Below are positions 7,698 to 16,033 of a stretch of DNA of 64,000 nt, in pieces. A program made the translations under genes and the position numbers. Every line of letters begins with the position of its first letter. Positions within the stretch are counted from its first letter, which is position 1. Source of the DNA: Bordetella parapertussis. GTDB lineage: Bacteria > Pseudomonadota > Gammaproteobacteria > Burkholderiales > Burkholderiaceae_C. The notes beneath the pieces are model-generated. The model ran no database searches. It saw nothing but the letters and a program-made list of their open reading frames with translations, and was not told where the DNA came from. The stretch spans positions 13,700 through 77,699 of the forward strand of contig CAMCES010000002.1 in assembly GCA_945873925.1 (NCBI GenBank), in the 5' to 3' direction.

Positions 7698-8135
7698 ATG
7701 TTCTTACAGCGCATGTGCAAAGCTCACTGGTGGCCAAGCGTTCGCCTGTGTTTGGGTTTGACCTGGTCCATTGGCTGCACTTCGGCTTGGTCGCAAGCCC
7801 AACTCCACTGCGAAATCGAAGTCAATGGTGAGTTGCATCATCATGCTTTTGCCATGGTGAGCGATCCCTACACCGCCGGCAGTGTTGACATTGGCGAGCG
7901 TTTTCGGTTCAAAGCCGTTGTCTTGGGGGAGGGCGATCGGGTTGACCTGGTGAATATTTACACCTACTACCAGACCCGCCGGCAACCTATGCTGATACAG
8001 CATGCCAAATACCTGTCCCCGGTGCCCATGCACAACCCGCGGCCTGATGCACTGACCGGGCGCGTTGCACTTTACTCACCGGTGCTGGGCAAAGAATTGG
8101 CTTACCGTTGTGCCTTGCATCAGATGGCGCCATGA
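7698..8135 (+). CDS. hypothetical secreted protein
   Basis: The ATG at 7698 (or TTG at 7692, overlapping the yaeQ stop) gives a hydrophobic N-terminus ending ...GCTSAWSQAQ. I recognise no family. Its stop overlaps the capA-like start as ATGA. Confidence 0.5.
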   Translation: MFLQRMCKAHWWPSVRLCLGLTWSIGCTSAWSQAQLHCEIEVNGELHHHAFAMVSDPYTAGSVDIGERFRFKAVVLGEGDRVDLVNIYTYYQTRRQPMLIQHAKYLSPVPMHNPRPDALTGRVALYSPVLGKELAYRCALHQMAP

Positions 8136-9055
8136 AACATTGGCTCTTTGGTTGTCTGCTGGCATGCGTATGGCCAGCATGGGCTCAATCAGACACGGTG
8201 CAGGTGGTGATCACAGGAGACATCATGTTGGGGGGCTTACCCGAACAAGCGATGCGACGCGGCAAGGACCCTTTTGCAGGGTTTGCCCAGGTTTTCCAGG
8301 GTGCCGACATTCGCATGGGCAACCTGGAATGTGTGATTTCTGACCAAGGGGAAGCTGAACCCGACAAACCCAATGTGTTTCGGGTCCACCCCCGCGCCAT
8401 GCGTTATTTGGCCCGGCATTTCGATGCAGTGGGTTTGGCCAACAACCACTCGGGTGACTACGGTCCCCAAGCCTTTGCGGACATGCTCAAACGCTTGAAG
8501 CAGCATGGCGTGGGCTTTTACGGGGGAGGCGCCAATCTCCAGCAAGCCCATGAGCCCTGGGTGGTGGAGAAAAAAGGGGTGCGCGTCGCGGTGCTGGGCT
8601 ACAACGAATTCCAGCCTCGCTCATTCGAGGCCGACCATGACAAACCTGGCATTGCTTGGAGCGAAGATGAACAAGTCCTGCGCGACATTGCCCGGGTGCG
8701 CAGCCAAGACTTGGCCGATGTGCTGATCGCCGTCATGCACTGGGGTTGGGAAGATCCTGTGGCCAACCAACGGCAAAGGCAACTCGCCAGGCTGATGATC
8801 GATGCCGGGGTCGATGCCGTGATTGGTGGGCATCCCCACTTGGTGCAAGACACCGAGGTCTACCAAGGCAAACCGGTTTTTTACAGCCTGGGTAATTTCG
8901 TTTTTGAAGGTTTTGACAACCCTATCAACAACACGGGATGGGTGGTTAAGCTGCGAGTGAATAAACAAGGTGTGGTGGATTGGTCGCGCCAAGCAGCCTA
9001 CATCAATGCCCAAGGCCTGCCGCAACCCGTGAAACCCAAAGGATGGAAAGAATGA
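8132..9055 (+). CDS. CapA family (PGA_cap metallophosphatase-like) protein, secreted
   Basis: MKHWLFGCLLACVWPAWAQS is a signal peptide. TGDIMLGG, the GNLECV motif and GLANNHSGDYG match the CapA/PGA_cap family. Confidence 0.8.
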   Translation: MKHWLFGCLLACVWPAWAQSDTVQVVITGDIMLGGLPEQAMRRGKDPFAGFAQVFQGADIRMGNLECVISDQGEAEPDKPNVFRVHPRAMRYLARHFDAVGLANNHSGDYGPQAFADMLKRLKQHGVGFYGGGANLQQAHEPWVVEKKGVRVAVLGYNEFQPRSFEADHDKPGIAWSEDEQVLRDIARVRSQDLADVLIAVMHWGWEDPVANQRQRQLARLMIDAGVDAVIGGHPHLVQDTEVYQGKPVFYSLGNFVFEGFDNPINNTGWVVKLRVNKQGVVDWSRQAAYINAQGLPQPVKPKGWKE

Positions 9056-10062
9056 ACGCTCAACTGCCCAGCACCATGACTTTTGTCGCCCACGGCGAGG
9101 GAGGTGCGCCAGAGGTGATGCATGTCTCAAACGGCAGACTGCCACAGCCAGCCCCCGGTGAGGTGTTGATCAAAGTGGCCTATGCCGGGGTCAACCGCCC
9201 AGATTGTTTGCAGCGCAGTGGTCGCTACCCACCACCTCCCGGGGCCTCACCGATTTTGGGGCTCGAGGCTTCGGGTCATGTGGTGGCTGTGGGTGAGGGC
9301 GTGACCCGCTGGCAAATGGGGGATGCTTTGTGCGGCTTGGCCAATGGCGGGGCATATGCTGACTATGTATGTATTCCGCAAGGCCAATGTCTTCCTGTGC
9401 CTCAGGGCATGAACCTGTTGCAGGCAGCAGCCTTGCCTGAAAACTATTTCACGGTCTGGACCAATGTGTTTCAACGCGGCCGCCTGCAAGCCGGCGAAAG
9501 CTTCTTGGTGCATGGTGGTTCCTCTGGCATTGGTCTGACGGCCATACAGCTGGCCAAGGCTTTTGGTGCCCGGGTGTTGTGCACCGTGGGCAATGCCGCC
9601 AAAGCGCAGGCTTGTTTGAAAGTCGGTGCGGATCTCGCGATCAACTACCACACCCACGACTTTGTTGAACAGGTGTTGGCCGATACGCAGCAGCGGGGCG
9701 TCCACATGGTTTTGGACATGGTTGGTGGTGGCTATATGCAGCGCAACCTGCAAGCCTTGGCGGTTGATGGGCGGTTGGTACAGATCGCGTTTTTGCAGCC
9801 CTCGAAAACCGATGTGGATTGGATGGCGCTCATGGTCAAGCGTCTGACATTCACAGGTTCAACCTTGCGGCCCCGCACAGCCGCGGACAAAGCGCAAATG
9901 GCCAATGAGTTGCATGCCAAGGTTTGGCCGCTGCTTGAAAAGGGTCGTTGCCAACCCGTCATTCACCAGGTGTTTGATTTGGCCGATGCAGCCCAAGCCC
10001 ATGCGTTGATGGAGTCATCGGCCCACATCGGCAAGATCATGCTGAAGGTGGCGGGGGGCTGA
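9052..10062 (+). CDS. NAD(P)H:quinone oxidoreductase (zeta-crystallin/PIG3-type MDR)
   Basis: The ATG at 9052 overlaps the capA-like stop. GEVLIKVAYAGVNRPDCLQRSGRYPPPPGASPILGLEASG and the nucleotide-binding VHGGSSGIGLTAIQLAK motif are typical. Confidence 0.85.
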   Translation: MNAQLPSTMTFVAHGEGGAPEVMHVSNGRLPQPAPGEVLIKVAYAGVNRPDCLQRSGRYPPPPGASPILGLEASGHVVAVGEGVTRWQMGDALCGLANGGAYADYVCIPQGQCLPVPQGMNLLQAAALPENYFTVWTNVFQRGRLQAGESFLVHGGSSGIGLTAIQLAKAFGARVLCTVGNAAKAQACLKVGADLAINYHTHDFVEQVLADTQQRGVHMVLDMVGGGYMQRNLQALAVDGRLVQIAFLQPSKTDVDWMALMVKRLTFTGSTLRPRTAADKAQMANELHAKVWPLLEKGRCQPVIHQVFDLADAAQAHALMESSAHIGKIMLKVAGG

Positions 10063-10429
10063 GCAGGCAAGCGTCGCAGGCACCATAGAGGGTGAGTTCG
10101 TGGCTTTCAACCGCAAAGCCTTTGGGCGCGAGCTGCTTCAAGTCGCCAGGGCAGTCATGCACGTCATACACCTTTTGGCACCTGGTGCAATGGAAATGGT
10201 GGTGATGGTGGTGATGGGCGGATTCATAGCGTGGGTTTTCGCCTGGCAAGTGCACCGTGGTCAGCAAGCCGTTGCCCACCAATGACTTGATGTTTCGGTA
10301 GACCGTGGCGATGCCCATGCCGGGTACTTCCACCGCGGCGGCCTGCAATATTTCTTGCGCCAGCAGAGGTCTTTGTGCGGTTTGTATCGCGTTGAGGATG
10401 GCCGTGCCTTGTTTGGTGATGCGTTCCAT
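10037..10429 (-). CDS. zur: Fur family transcriptional regulator, probable zinc uptake regulator
   Basis: 130 aa. It has a winged-helix N-terminus (GIATVYRNIKSLVGNGLL), a His cluster (AHHHHHHHFHCTRC) and a second CxxC (CDAC). It is called Zur rather than Fur from context, being divergent from the TBDR and the DUF2796/ABC/DUF3299 cluster. Confidence 0.7.
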   Translation of the reverse strand: MERITKQGTAILNAIQTAQRPLLAQEILQAAAVEVPGMGIATVYRNIKSLVGNGLLTTVHLPGENPRYESAHHHHHHHFHCTRCQKVYDVHDCPGDLKQLAPKGFAVESHELTLYGACDACLLSPPPPSA

Positions 10430-10447
10430 GGTGTCAGTGGATTATTT

Positions 10448-10467
10448 GATAATGCGTTATCATTATC
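10448..10467. promoter_or_regulatory. Fur-family operator candidate (Zur/Fur box)
   Basis: GATAATGCGTTATCATTATC lies in the 57-bp divergent gap between the regulator and the TBDR. The outer 7-bp arms GATAATG/CATTATC are a perfect inverted repeat. The site closely resembles the classical Fur box GATAATGATAATCATTATC. Confidence 0.6.
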
Positions 10468-10486
10468 GATTTTCTAAGGAGAATCC

Positions 10487-12658
10487 ATGACATTGTCACC
10501 GCAAAGCCATGCCATCCCACGCCATCGCAAGCCCATCCGTCATGCCATCGGGTTGGCCTGCTTGGCCCTCGCCACGCAGGCATCTGCACAGGCGACAGCC
10601 GAATCTACCGAGCGCTTGCCTCAGGTCACAGTCACAGGCAATCCCTTGGGTAACAACGATGGGGTTCAGGCAGTGCAAGCCTTGCAAGGCGATGCTCTGG
10701 TCTGGCGATCTGAAAGCACCTTGGGAGAGACTTTGTCGTCGACCCCGGGCGTCTCCAGCAGCTACTTTGGCCCCAACGCCAGCCGACCGATCATCCGGGG
10801 CATGGATGGCGACCGCATCAAAATCCTGAACAACAGCCTGACATCACAAGACCTGTCGGCGTTGAGCAATGACCATTCGGTGCCCTTGGACACCTTGGTG
10901 GTCGAGCGCATCGAGGTGCTGCGCGGACCCTCGGCCATCATGTATGGCGGCAGTGCGGTCGGTGGCGTGGTCAATCTCATCGATAACCGAATCCCTTCTC
11001 AGCCGATCACGGGTTTGAGCGGCAGGGCTGATGTGGGTTGGGCCAGCGGCAACCAAGAAACCCGTGGTGCAGCGATGCTTGAGCTGGGCAATGGGCAGTT
11101 TGCCGTGCATGCGGACGCGTTCGGTCGTCACAGCCTGGACCAAGCCGTGCCTGACACCTTGGCTTGCGAAAAAACAGGTTCACCCAGCAGTGCCAAAGCC
11201 ATTTGCAATTCCAACAACAGCGCCAATGGCTACGCCCTGGGCGGCAGTGTGTTTTGGGACAAAGGCTACCTGGGTTTGGCGGGCAACACCTACCGCAGCA
11301 GTTACGGCGCGGTGGCTGAGGACAATGTGCGCATCGATATGAAAAACGATCGCTATGCGCTGCAGAGCGAAATTCGACAACCCGTGGCCATGGTCGACAG
11401 CCTTCTCTTCCAATGGGGCAACACCGACTACACGCACACCGAGTTTGATGAGGGTGCCCCTGGGACAGTGTTTGTTCAAAAGGGCAATGACATTCGCCTG
11501 AGCGCCAAGCACCAAGCATTCGACACGGCACTGGGTCGTGTGCAAGGTGCGTTGGGATGGCAAGGCGAGAACACCCAGTTTGTTGCAGACGGTGACGAGG
11601 CCTTCATGCCCGCCACCAAAACACGCCTGTCGGCACTCTACCTGGTCGAGGAATGGCGATAACCCTGGGGCAATGTCAGCATGGGGCTTCGCTCAGAGTC
11701 TGTCACGGTGGACGGCGATGCTTTCACGAAAGGGGCAACCAATCGGGACGCCGCTGCTTCCAGCAACCGTTTTTCACCGCTCAGCAGTGCACTTGGCTTG
11801 CTGGTCAAGCTCTCGCCTGAGTGGTCGCTCAAAGGGCATTTGGCACAAACCCAGCGGGCTCCCAAGGACTATGAATTGCGAGCCGATGGCGTGCATGTGG
11901 CCACCGCGGCTTACGAGGAAGGCTCCACCAACCTGGGCACTGAAAAATCTCGTCAGGTTGATTTGGGTGTGAATTGGGCCAAAGGCCCACACAAGCTCAG
12001 CCTGAATTATTTTGTGACCCGTTTCGACAACTACATTGGGTTGAATGCCAATGGCGAGGTGGTGAACGAGGATGACGAAGCAGGTGGTCTCAATTCAGCT
12101 GACCCTCAAGCCAACTGCGGTGACAGTGACCCTGAAAACGGCTGTTTCACCAAATACACCTTCAGCGCCACCCGCGCCGAATTCAAGGGCTACGAGCTGG
12201 AAACCTTGCTGCGTTTGGTTGGCAGCAAGGGTTTGCTACAAGAGGGGCAAGACGCCACTTGGGACCTGGCCTTGCGGGCTGATGCCGTGCGGGCCACCAA
12301 CCAAGACACAGGCCAAGCCCTGCCTCGCATTCCCCCAGTTCGACTGGGGGCCACGTTGGCTCGGCTGTCAGGCCCATGGCGCATGGCCCTGGGTGTGGAT
12401 CATGCCAATGCACCGCGCCTGGGTCCTGACCAACGCGCAACCTCTGCCTACAGCTTGTGGAATGCCCAGTTCAGCTATCGGCAAAAAATCAATGTCAACC
12501 AAGCCCTTTGGTATGTGCGTGTGGACAACCTCACAGACCAATTGGCCTACCCCGCCACCTCGGTCTTGACCAGCACTGCGCTGGATGCGGTCTCGGGTCG
12601 ACCCAAAGCGCCGCTGCCCGGCAGAAGCCTCAAGTTGGGCGTGCAAGTTGATTTTTGA
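10487..12658 (+). pseudogene. TonB-dependent outer-membrane receptor interrupted by an in-frame TAA (11660-11662)
   Basis: ORFs 10487-11662 and 11681-12658 are in the same frame. The first has a signal peptide and plug (RIEVLRGPSAIMYGGSAVGGVVNLI). The second carries the barrel and ends in the terminal F (LKLGVQVDF). Read through, the junction is LYLVEEWR*PWGNVSMGLRSE. Confidence 0.75.
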
Positions 12659-12667
12659 AGGCACTGA

Positions 12668-12775
12668 ATGACCCTGATTTGGATATTGTCGGCCTGCCTG
12701 GCCTCCACCGCGCTCAGCTTGTTATTGATTGGCGTTGGCTGGGTGCCTGCCTTCGCTCAATTTCTTCACCACTGA
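12668..12775 (+). CDS. candidate 35-codon hydrophobic small ORF
   Basis: The product is MTLIWILSACLASTALSLLLIGVGWVPAFAQFLHH. AAGG lies 6 nt upstream of the ATG, and the ORF starts 9 nt after the TBDR stop. It is below the ORF-track size cutoff and has no homology support. Confidence 0.3.
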   Translation: MTLIWILSACLASTALSLLLIGVGWVPAFAQFLHH

Positions 12776-12815
12776 GCCGCCAAGCCAGGCGGCCATCTTC
12801 TAGAATGGACTGATC

Positions 12816-13340
12816 ATGACCTCCAACGCCTTGTTACTCGCCGCTTTGATTGTTGCCACCTCGGCTTGGTCCGCTGACAAATCAGGCGCTCACCATGATC
12901 ACGCCGCGCATTCCCATGGTCAGGGTCAACTGGAGTTGGTGGTGCAGGGCGATGTGGTCCAACTGGATTTTGAAATTCCCATGGAGAGCTTGTTGGGCCA
13001 TGAACACCTGCCCAAAACCCCAGCCCAAAAGAAAGCCATGGCCGAGTTGCAAGCTGGTGCTGCCCAAGCCGACTACTTTGTCGTCCTCCCTGCTGCTGCG
13101 GCGTGCCAGTTGCAATCGGCCCAGGCCGGTTCGGACATGTTCTTGGGCAAAAAATCCGAACACAGCGACCTCGATGTGCAACTTCAGTTCAAGTGCAGCA
13201 AACCTGCCGCTTTGCAACAAGTTGAATTGGCTGTCTTCAAAAGACATCCACGTTTGAAATCCCTCAAGGTCAACATGCTCACACCCAAAGGTCAGGGTTC
13301 GACCACGCTCAAGCCCAAAGACCCAGTCATTCGCTGGTGA
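12816..13340 (+). CDS. DUF2796 / ZrgA-like periplasmic metal-binding protein
   Basis: A signal peptide (MTSNALLLAALIVATSAWSA) is followed by a His-rich segment (GAHHDHAAHSHGQG) and HEH. Its position ahead of an ABC ATPase, FtsX-type permease and DUF3299 gene matches the ZrgA (V. cholerae) / PA4063 (P. aeruginosa) arrangement as I recall it. Confidence 0.7.
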   Translation: MTSNALLLAALIVATSAWSADKSGAHHDHAAHSHGQGQLELVVQGDVVQLDFEIPMESLLGHEHLPKTPAQKKAMAELQAGAAQADYFVVLPAAAACQLQSAQAGSDMFLGKKSEHSDLDVQLQFKCSKPAALQQVELAVFKRHPRLKSLKVNMLTPKGQGSTTLKPKDPVIRW

Positions 13341-14029
13341 GCATGCATCCCGCGCTGCGCCTGTCTCACCTTACCCATGCTTGGCCGGGACAAGCGCCGC
13401 TGATTGACATCCCGCAACTGACTCTGCAGCAAGGACAGCACCTGTTTATCCAAGGCCCCAGCGGTTGCGGCAAAAGCACCTTGCTCTCACTGTTGGCTGG
13501 GGTTCAGCAGGTCCAAAATGGCACTTGCGAAGTGCTGGGCCAAGACCTGGCAAAGCTGTCACCCTCCCAGCGAGACCGTTTGCGGGGTGAACACATGGGC
13601 GTGATTTTTCAGCAATTCAATCTCTTGCCCTTTTTAGACGCGCAAACCAACGCCTTGTTGCCGACGCGCTTGTTTCCCAGCCGTGCAAAAGCGGCTGATC
13701 TGCTTTGGGGCAGCGCATCGAAGCAAGCCCAAGCCTTGGCAAACACCCTGGGTCTGTCCGCCAGCGTATGGGCTCAAGGCGTGCACCAATTGTCGGTGGG
13801 TCAGCAGCAAAGGGTGGCGGTGGTTCGTGCTTTGATGGGTCAACCCCGGTTGATCATTGCAGACGAACCCACCTCAGCCCTGGACGATGCCAGGCAACTC
13901 GAATTCATTGACCTGCTCTTGAGCACAGCAGCTGAGCAGGGTGCGAGCGTGGTCATGGTCAGCCACAACGCCCGTTTGGCCAAGCGTTTTCACCAAGTGC
14001 ATGTTTGGCCCGGGGAGCAGCGGGCATGA
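13337..14029 (+). CDS. ABC transporter ATP-binding protein
   Basis: It has Walker A (GPSGCGKST), the signature LSVGQQQRVAVVRAL and Walker B (LIIADEPTSALD). The start is GTG 13337 or ATG 13343, overlapping the upstream stop. Confidence 0.9.
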   Translation: MSMHPALRLSHLTHAWPGQAPLIDIPQLTLQQGQHLFIQGPSGCGKSTLLSLLAGVQQVQNGTCEVLGQDLAKLSPSQRDRLRGEHMGVIFQQFNLLPFLDAQTNALLPTRLFPSRAKAADLLWGSASKQAQALANTLGLSASVWAQGVHQLSVGQQQRVAVVRALMGQPRLIIADEPTSALDDARQLEFIDLLLSTAAEQGASVVMVSHNARLAKRFHQVHVWPGEQRA

Positions 14030-15348
14030 GGTTTTGGTTGTCATTGGCCATCTCGAGCGCATGGTCACGCCGCCATGCTTTGGCCTTGGTTACCTTGTCG
14101 GTGGCGGTGTCGGTCTTGATTTTGCTCAGCGTGCAGCAACTGCGCGAGGATGCGCGTCGCAGCTTTTCCAATGCATTGAGTGGCGTGGATTTGATCGTGG
14201 GCCCACGCGGTAGCGCCACCGAACTCATGCTCTACAGCGTCTTTCAAATTGGAAGACCTTCGCGCAACATGGGCTATGCAGGTTTTCAAGAGATTCAAGC
14301 CATGCCCCAGGTGCGTTGGGTGGTACCCATCCAATTGGGCGACACCTACCAAGGCCACCCGGTCTTGGGAACCACGCCTGCCTTGTTTGCGCATTTTCAA
14401 ACCCAAGGTCAGTCTCTGCAATGGAGCCAAGGTCGCGCTTTCGGCGACCCCAAAACCCAAGCCAATGCGATGTTCGAGGTGGTGCTCGGCGCCGAAGTGG
14501 CGCAACGGTTTGGCCATGCGGTGGGCGATGCCTTGGTGATCACCCATGGTGCAGGCGGTGGACCGGAGTCCACCGACCACGACGAGCAACCACTGAAGGT
14601 GGTGGGCATCTTGAAACCCACCGGTGCACCCATTGACCGCTCGGTGTTGCTCAACTTGGAAGGCTTCGAGTCCATGCACCAAGGCTGGGGCTTGGGTATT
14701 TCCCCCAAGGCTTTGAAAGCCGCGAATCTGGGCATGGCACCGGCACCTGCCCCGCATGACCGGTCACAGCCAGACATCAGTGCTCTGAAACCCGCGAGCC
14801 TCTCTGCGGTATGGGTGGGTTTGCACAACCGGGCCGAGGTTTTCTCTGTGCGTCGCAAAATCGAGGCCTTGGGCCGAGACCCTTTGATGGCGGTCATGCC
14901 CGGAGTGGCACTCGATGAGCTTTGGCAGGTGGTGAAGGTGGTTGAAAACAGCCTGGTGTTGGTGGGTGCTTTGGTGGCTGTCAGCGCCATGATGAGCGTC
15001 GGGGCGGTGCTGTTGGTCGCGATGGCTGGTCGACGCAAAGAGCTGGCGATTTTGCGAGCCATGGGCGCTGCTCCCAAAGCATTGTTGGCCTATGTCTTGT
15101 TAGAGTCTTTGGTGGTCTGTTTGCTTGGTATCCTGGCTGGGTTCCTGGCCAGCCGAGCCTTGATCTGGGGAGCCCAAGACTTGCTGCGTGTTCACTACGG
15201 CGTGATGGCGCAACCTGGTTGGCCAACACCCGAGTCTGGCTTGGTTTTATTGGCCTTGTGTGGCGTGGCCATGTTGGCCAGTTTGATACCCGCTTGGAGG
15301 GCTTATCGTTTGTCGCTCATGGATGGTTTGCATCCGCCAGCGGTATGA
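14026..15348 (+). CDS. ABC transporter permease, FtsX/MacB-like
   Basis: The ATG at 14026 overlaps the ATPase stop as ATGA. An N-terminal TM helix and a large periplasmic domain are followed by a C-terminal FtsX-type block (RRKELAILRAMGA...). Confidence 0.85.
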   Translation: MRFWLSLAISSAWSRRHALALVTLSVAVSVLILLSVQQLREDARRSFSNALSGVDLIVGPRGSATELMLYSVFQIGRPSRNMGYAGFQEIQAMPQVRWVVPIQLGDTYQGHPVLGTTPALFAHFQTQGQSLQWSQGRAFGDPKTQANAMFEVVLGAEVAQRFGHAVGDALVITHGAGGGPESTDHDEQPLKVVGILKPTGAPIDRSVLLNLEGFESMHQGWGLGISPKALKAANLGMAPAPAPHDRSQPDISALKPASLSAVWVGLHNRAEVFSVRRKIEALGRDPLMAVMPGVALDELWQVVKVVENSLVLVGALVAVSAMMSVGAVLLVAMAGRRKELAILRAMGAAPKALLAYVLLESLVVCLLGILAGFLASRALIWGAQDLLRVHYGVMAQPGWPTPESGLVLLALCGVAMLASLIPAWRAYRLSLMDGLHPPAV

Positions 15349-15351
15349 AAG

Positions 15352-15939
15352 GTGTCAGTGATGAATCAGTGCAATGAAGGACCCAACCGTCGACAACTCT
15401 TGGTCGTGGCAACAGGCATGGCTTTCGGCAGCGTCACCTGGGCCCAGTCCGATGGCTATAAAACCATTGACTGGAATGATTTGATGCCTGACCCTTGGGT
15501 CAAAGAAATGACCAAAGAAATGGCCAGCATGAGCAAGTTGGCTTATTTGCAAGACACGAGCGAAGAGGCCAACAAAGCCATGGCAGCCTTGCGCAAAAAG
15601 CTCGATGAAGCACCGATTGTCAAAGCGCAGATCAATCAAAAAGTACGGCTGCCTGGTTACGCTGTTCCTCTGGACGCCAACCGCAATGACAAGCGTGAGT
15701 TTTTGCTGGTGCCGTACTTTGGTGCTTGCATTCACACACCACCACCGCCAGCCAACCAAATCGTGTTGGTGCGTCCCACCGCGCAAAGCAAAATCAAAAA
15801 AATGCCCGAGTCCATGGATGTGCTGTGGGTAGAGGGTGAGCTCAAAGAGGGGCGGGTGACCACCAGTCAGGGCATCAGCGGTTATGTCATGGATGCGGTA
15901 TCGATCGCACCCTACGAACAAAAACCAGCCAAGCGCTGA
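15352..15939 (+). CDS. DUF3299 domain protein (ZrgD / PA4066-like)
   Basis: The signal is Tat-like (NRRQLLVVATGMAFGSVTWA). LVPYFGACIHTPPPPANQIVLV is the hallmark DUF3299 motif. It is the last gene of the putative zinc-uptake cluster. Confidence 0.75.
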   Translation: MSVMNQCNEGPNRRQLLVVATGMAFGSVTWAQSDGYKTIDWNDLMPDPWVKEMTKEMASMSKLAYLQDTSEEANKAMAALRKKLDEAPIVKAQINQKVRLPGYAVPLDANRNDKREFLLVPYFGACIHTPPPPANQIVLVRPTAQSKIKKMPESMDVLWVEGELKEGRVTTSQGISGYVMDAVSIAPYEQKPAKR

Positions 15940-15960
15940 CCTGCTGGTTTGCCCGACACC

Positions 15961-15988
15961 TTGACTTTCAATCTGAATTCTTAATAAT
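15961..15988 (+). promoter_or_regulatory. candidate sigma-70 promoter for bactofilin copy 2
   Basis: TTGACT (15961-15966), a 16-nt spacer and AATAAT (15983-15988) lie 45 nt upstream of the ATG at 16034. This is a pattern match only. Confidence 0.35.
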
Positions 15989-16033
15989 TACTTGCAGTTT
16001 CATTAGAATCAAACCTTTAACAGTGAGCGTCCT

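Noticed and set aside
8132-9055. CapA-like gene as evidence for a poly-gamma-glutamate capsule locus
   Set aside because: No capB/pgsB or capC/pgsC homologs are adjacent. Stand-alone CapA-like metallophosphatases are common and not diagnostic of PGA synthesis.
10037-10062. Convergent 3'-end overlaps (qor/zur 26 nt; bactofilin-2/16476 ORF 11 nt at 16476-16486; aroQ/18088 ORF 11 nt at 18088-18098) as antisense regulation
   Set aside because: Short convergent overlaps are common in compact bacterial genomes, and nothing in the sequence suggests a regulatory role.
11660-11662. In-frame stop in the TonB receptor as programmed recoding (selenocysteine, pyrrolysine or read-through)
   Set aside because: The codon is TAA, not TGA (Sec) or TAG (Pyl). 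I saw no SECIS-like hairpin immediately downstream. A nonsense mutation or sequencing error is the simpler explanation.
12776-12793. GC hairpin GCCGCC-aagcca-GGCGGC as an intrinsic terminator between the receptor and the ABC cluster
   Set aside because: It is followed by CATCTTCT rather than a U-tract and has only a 6-bp stem. This is insufficient to call a terminator, so it is mentioned only under the small-ORF finding.
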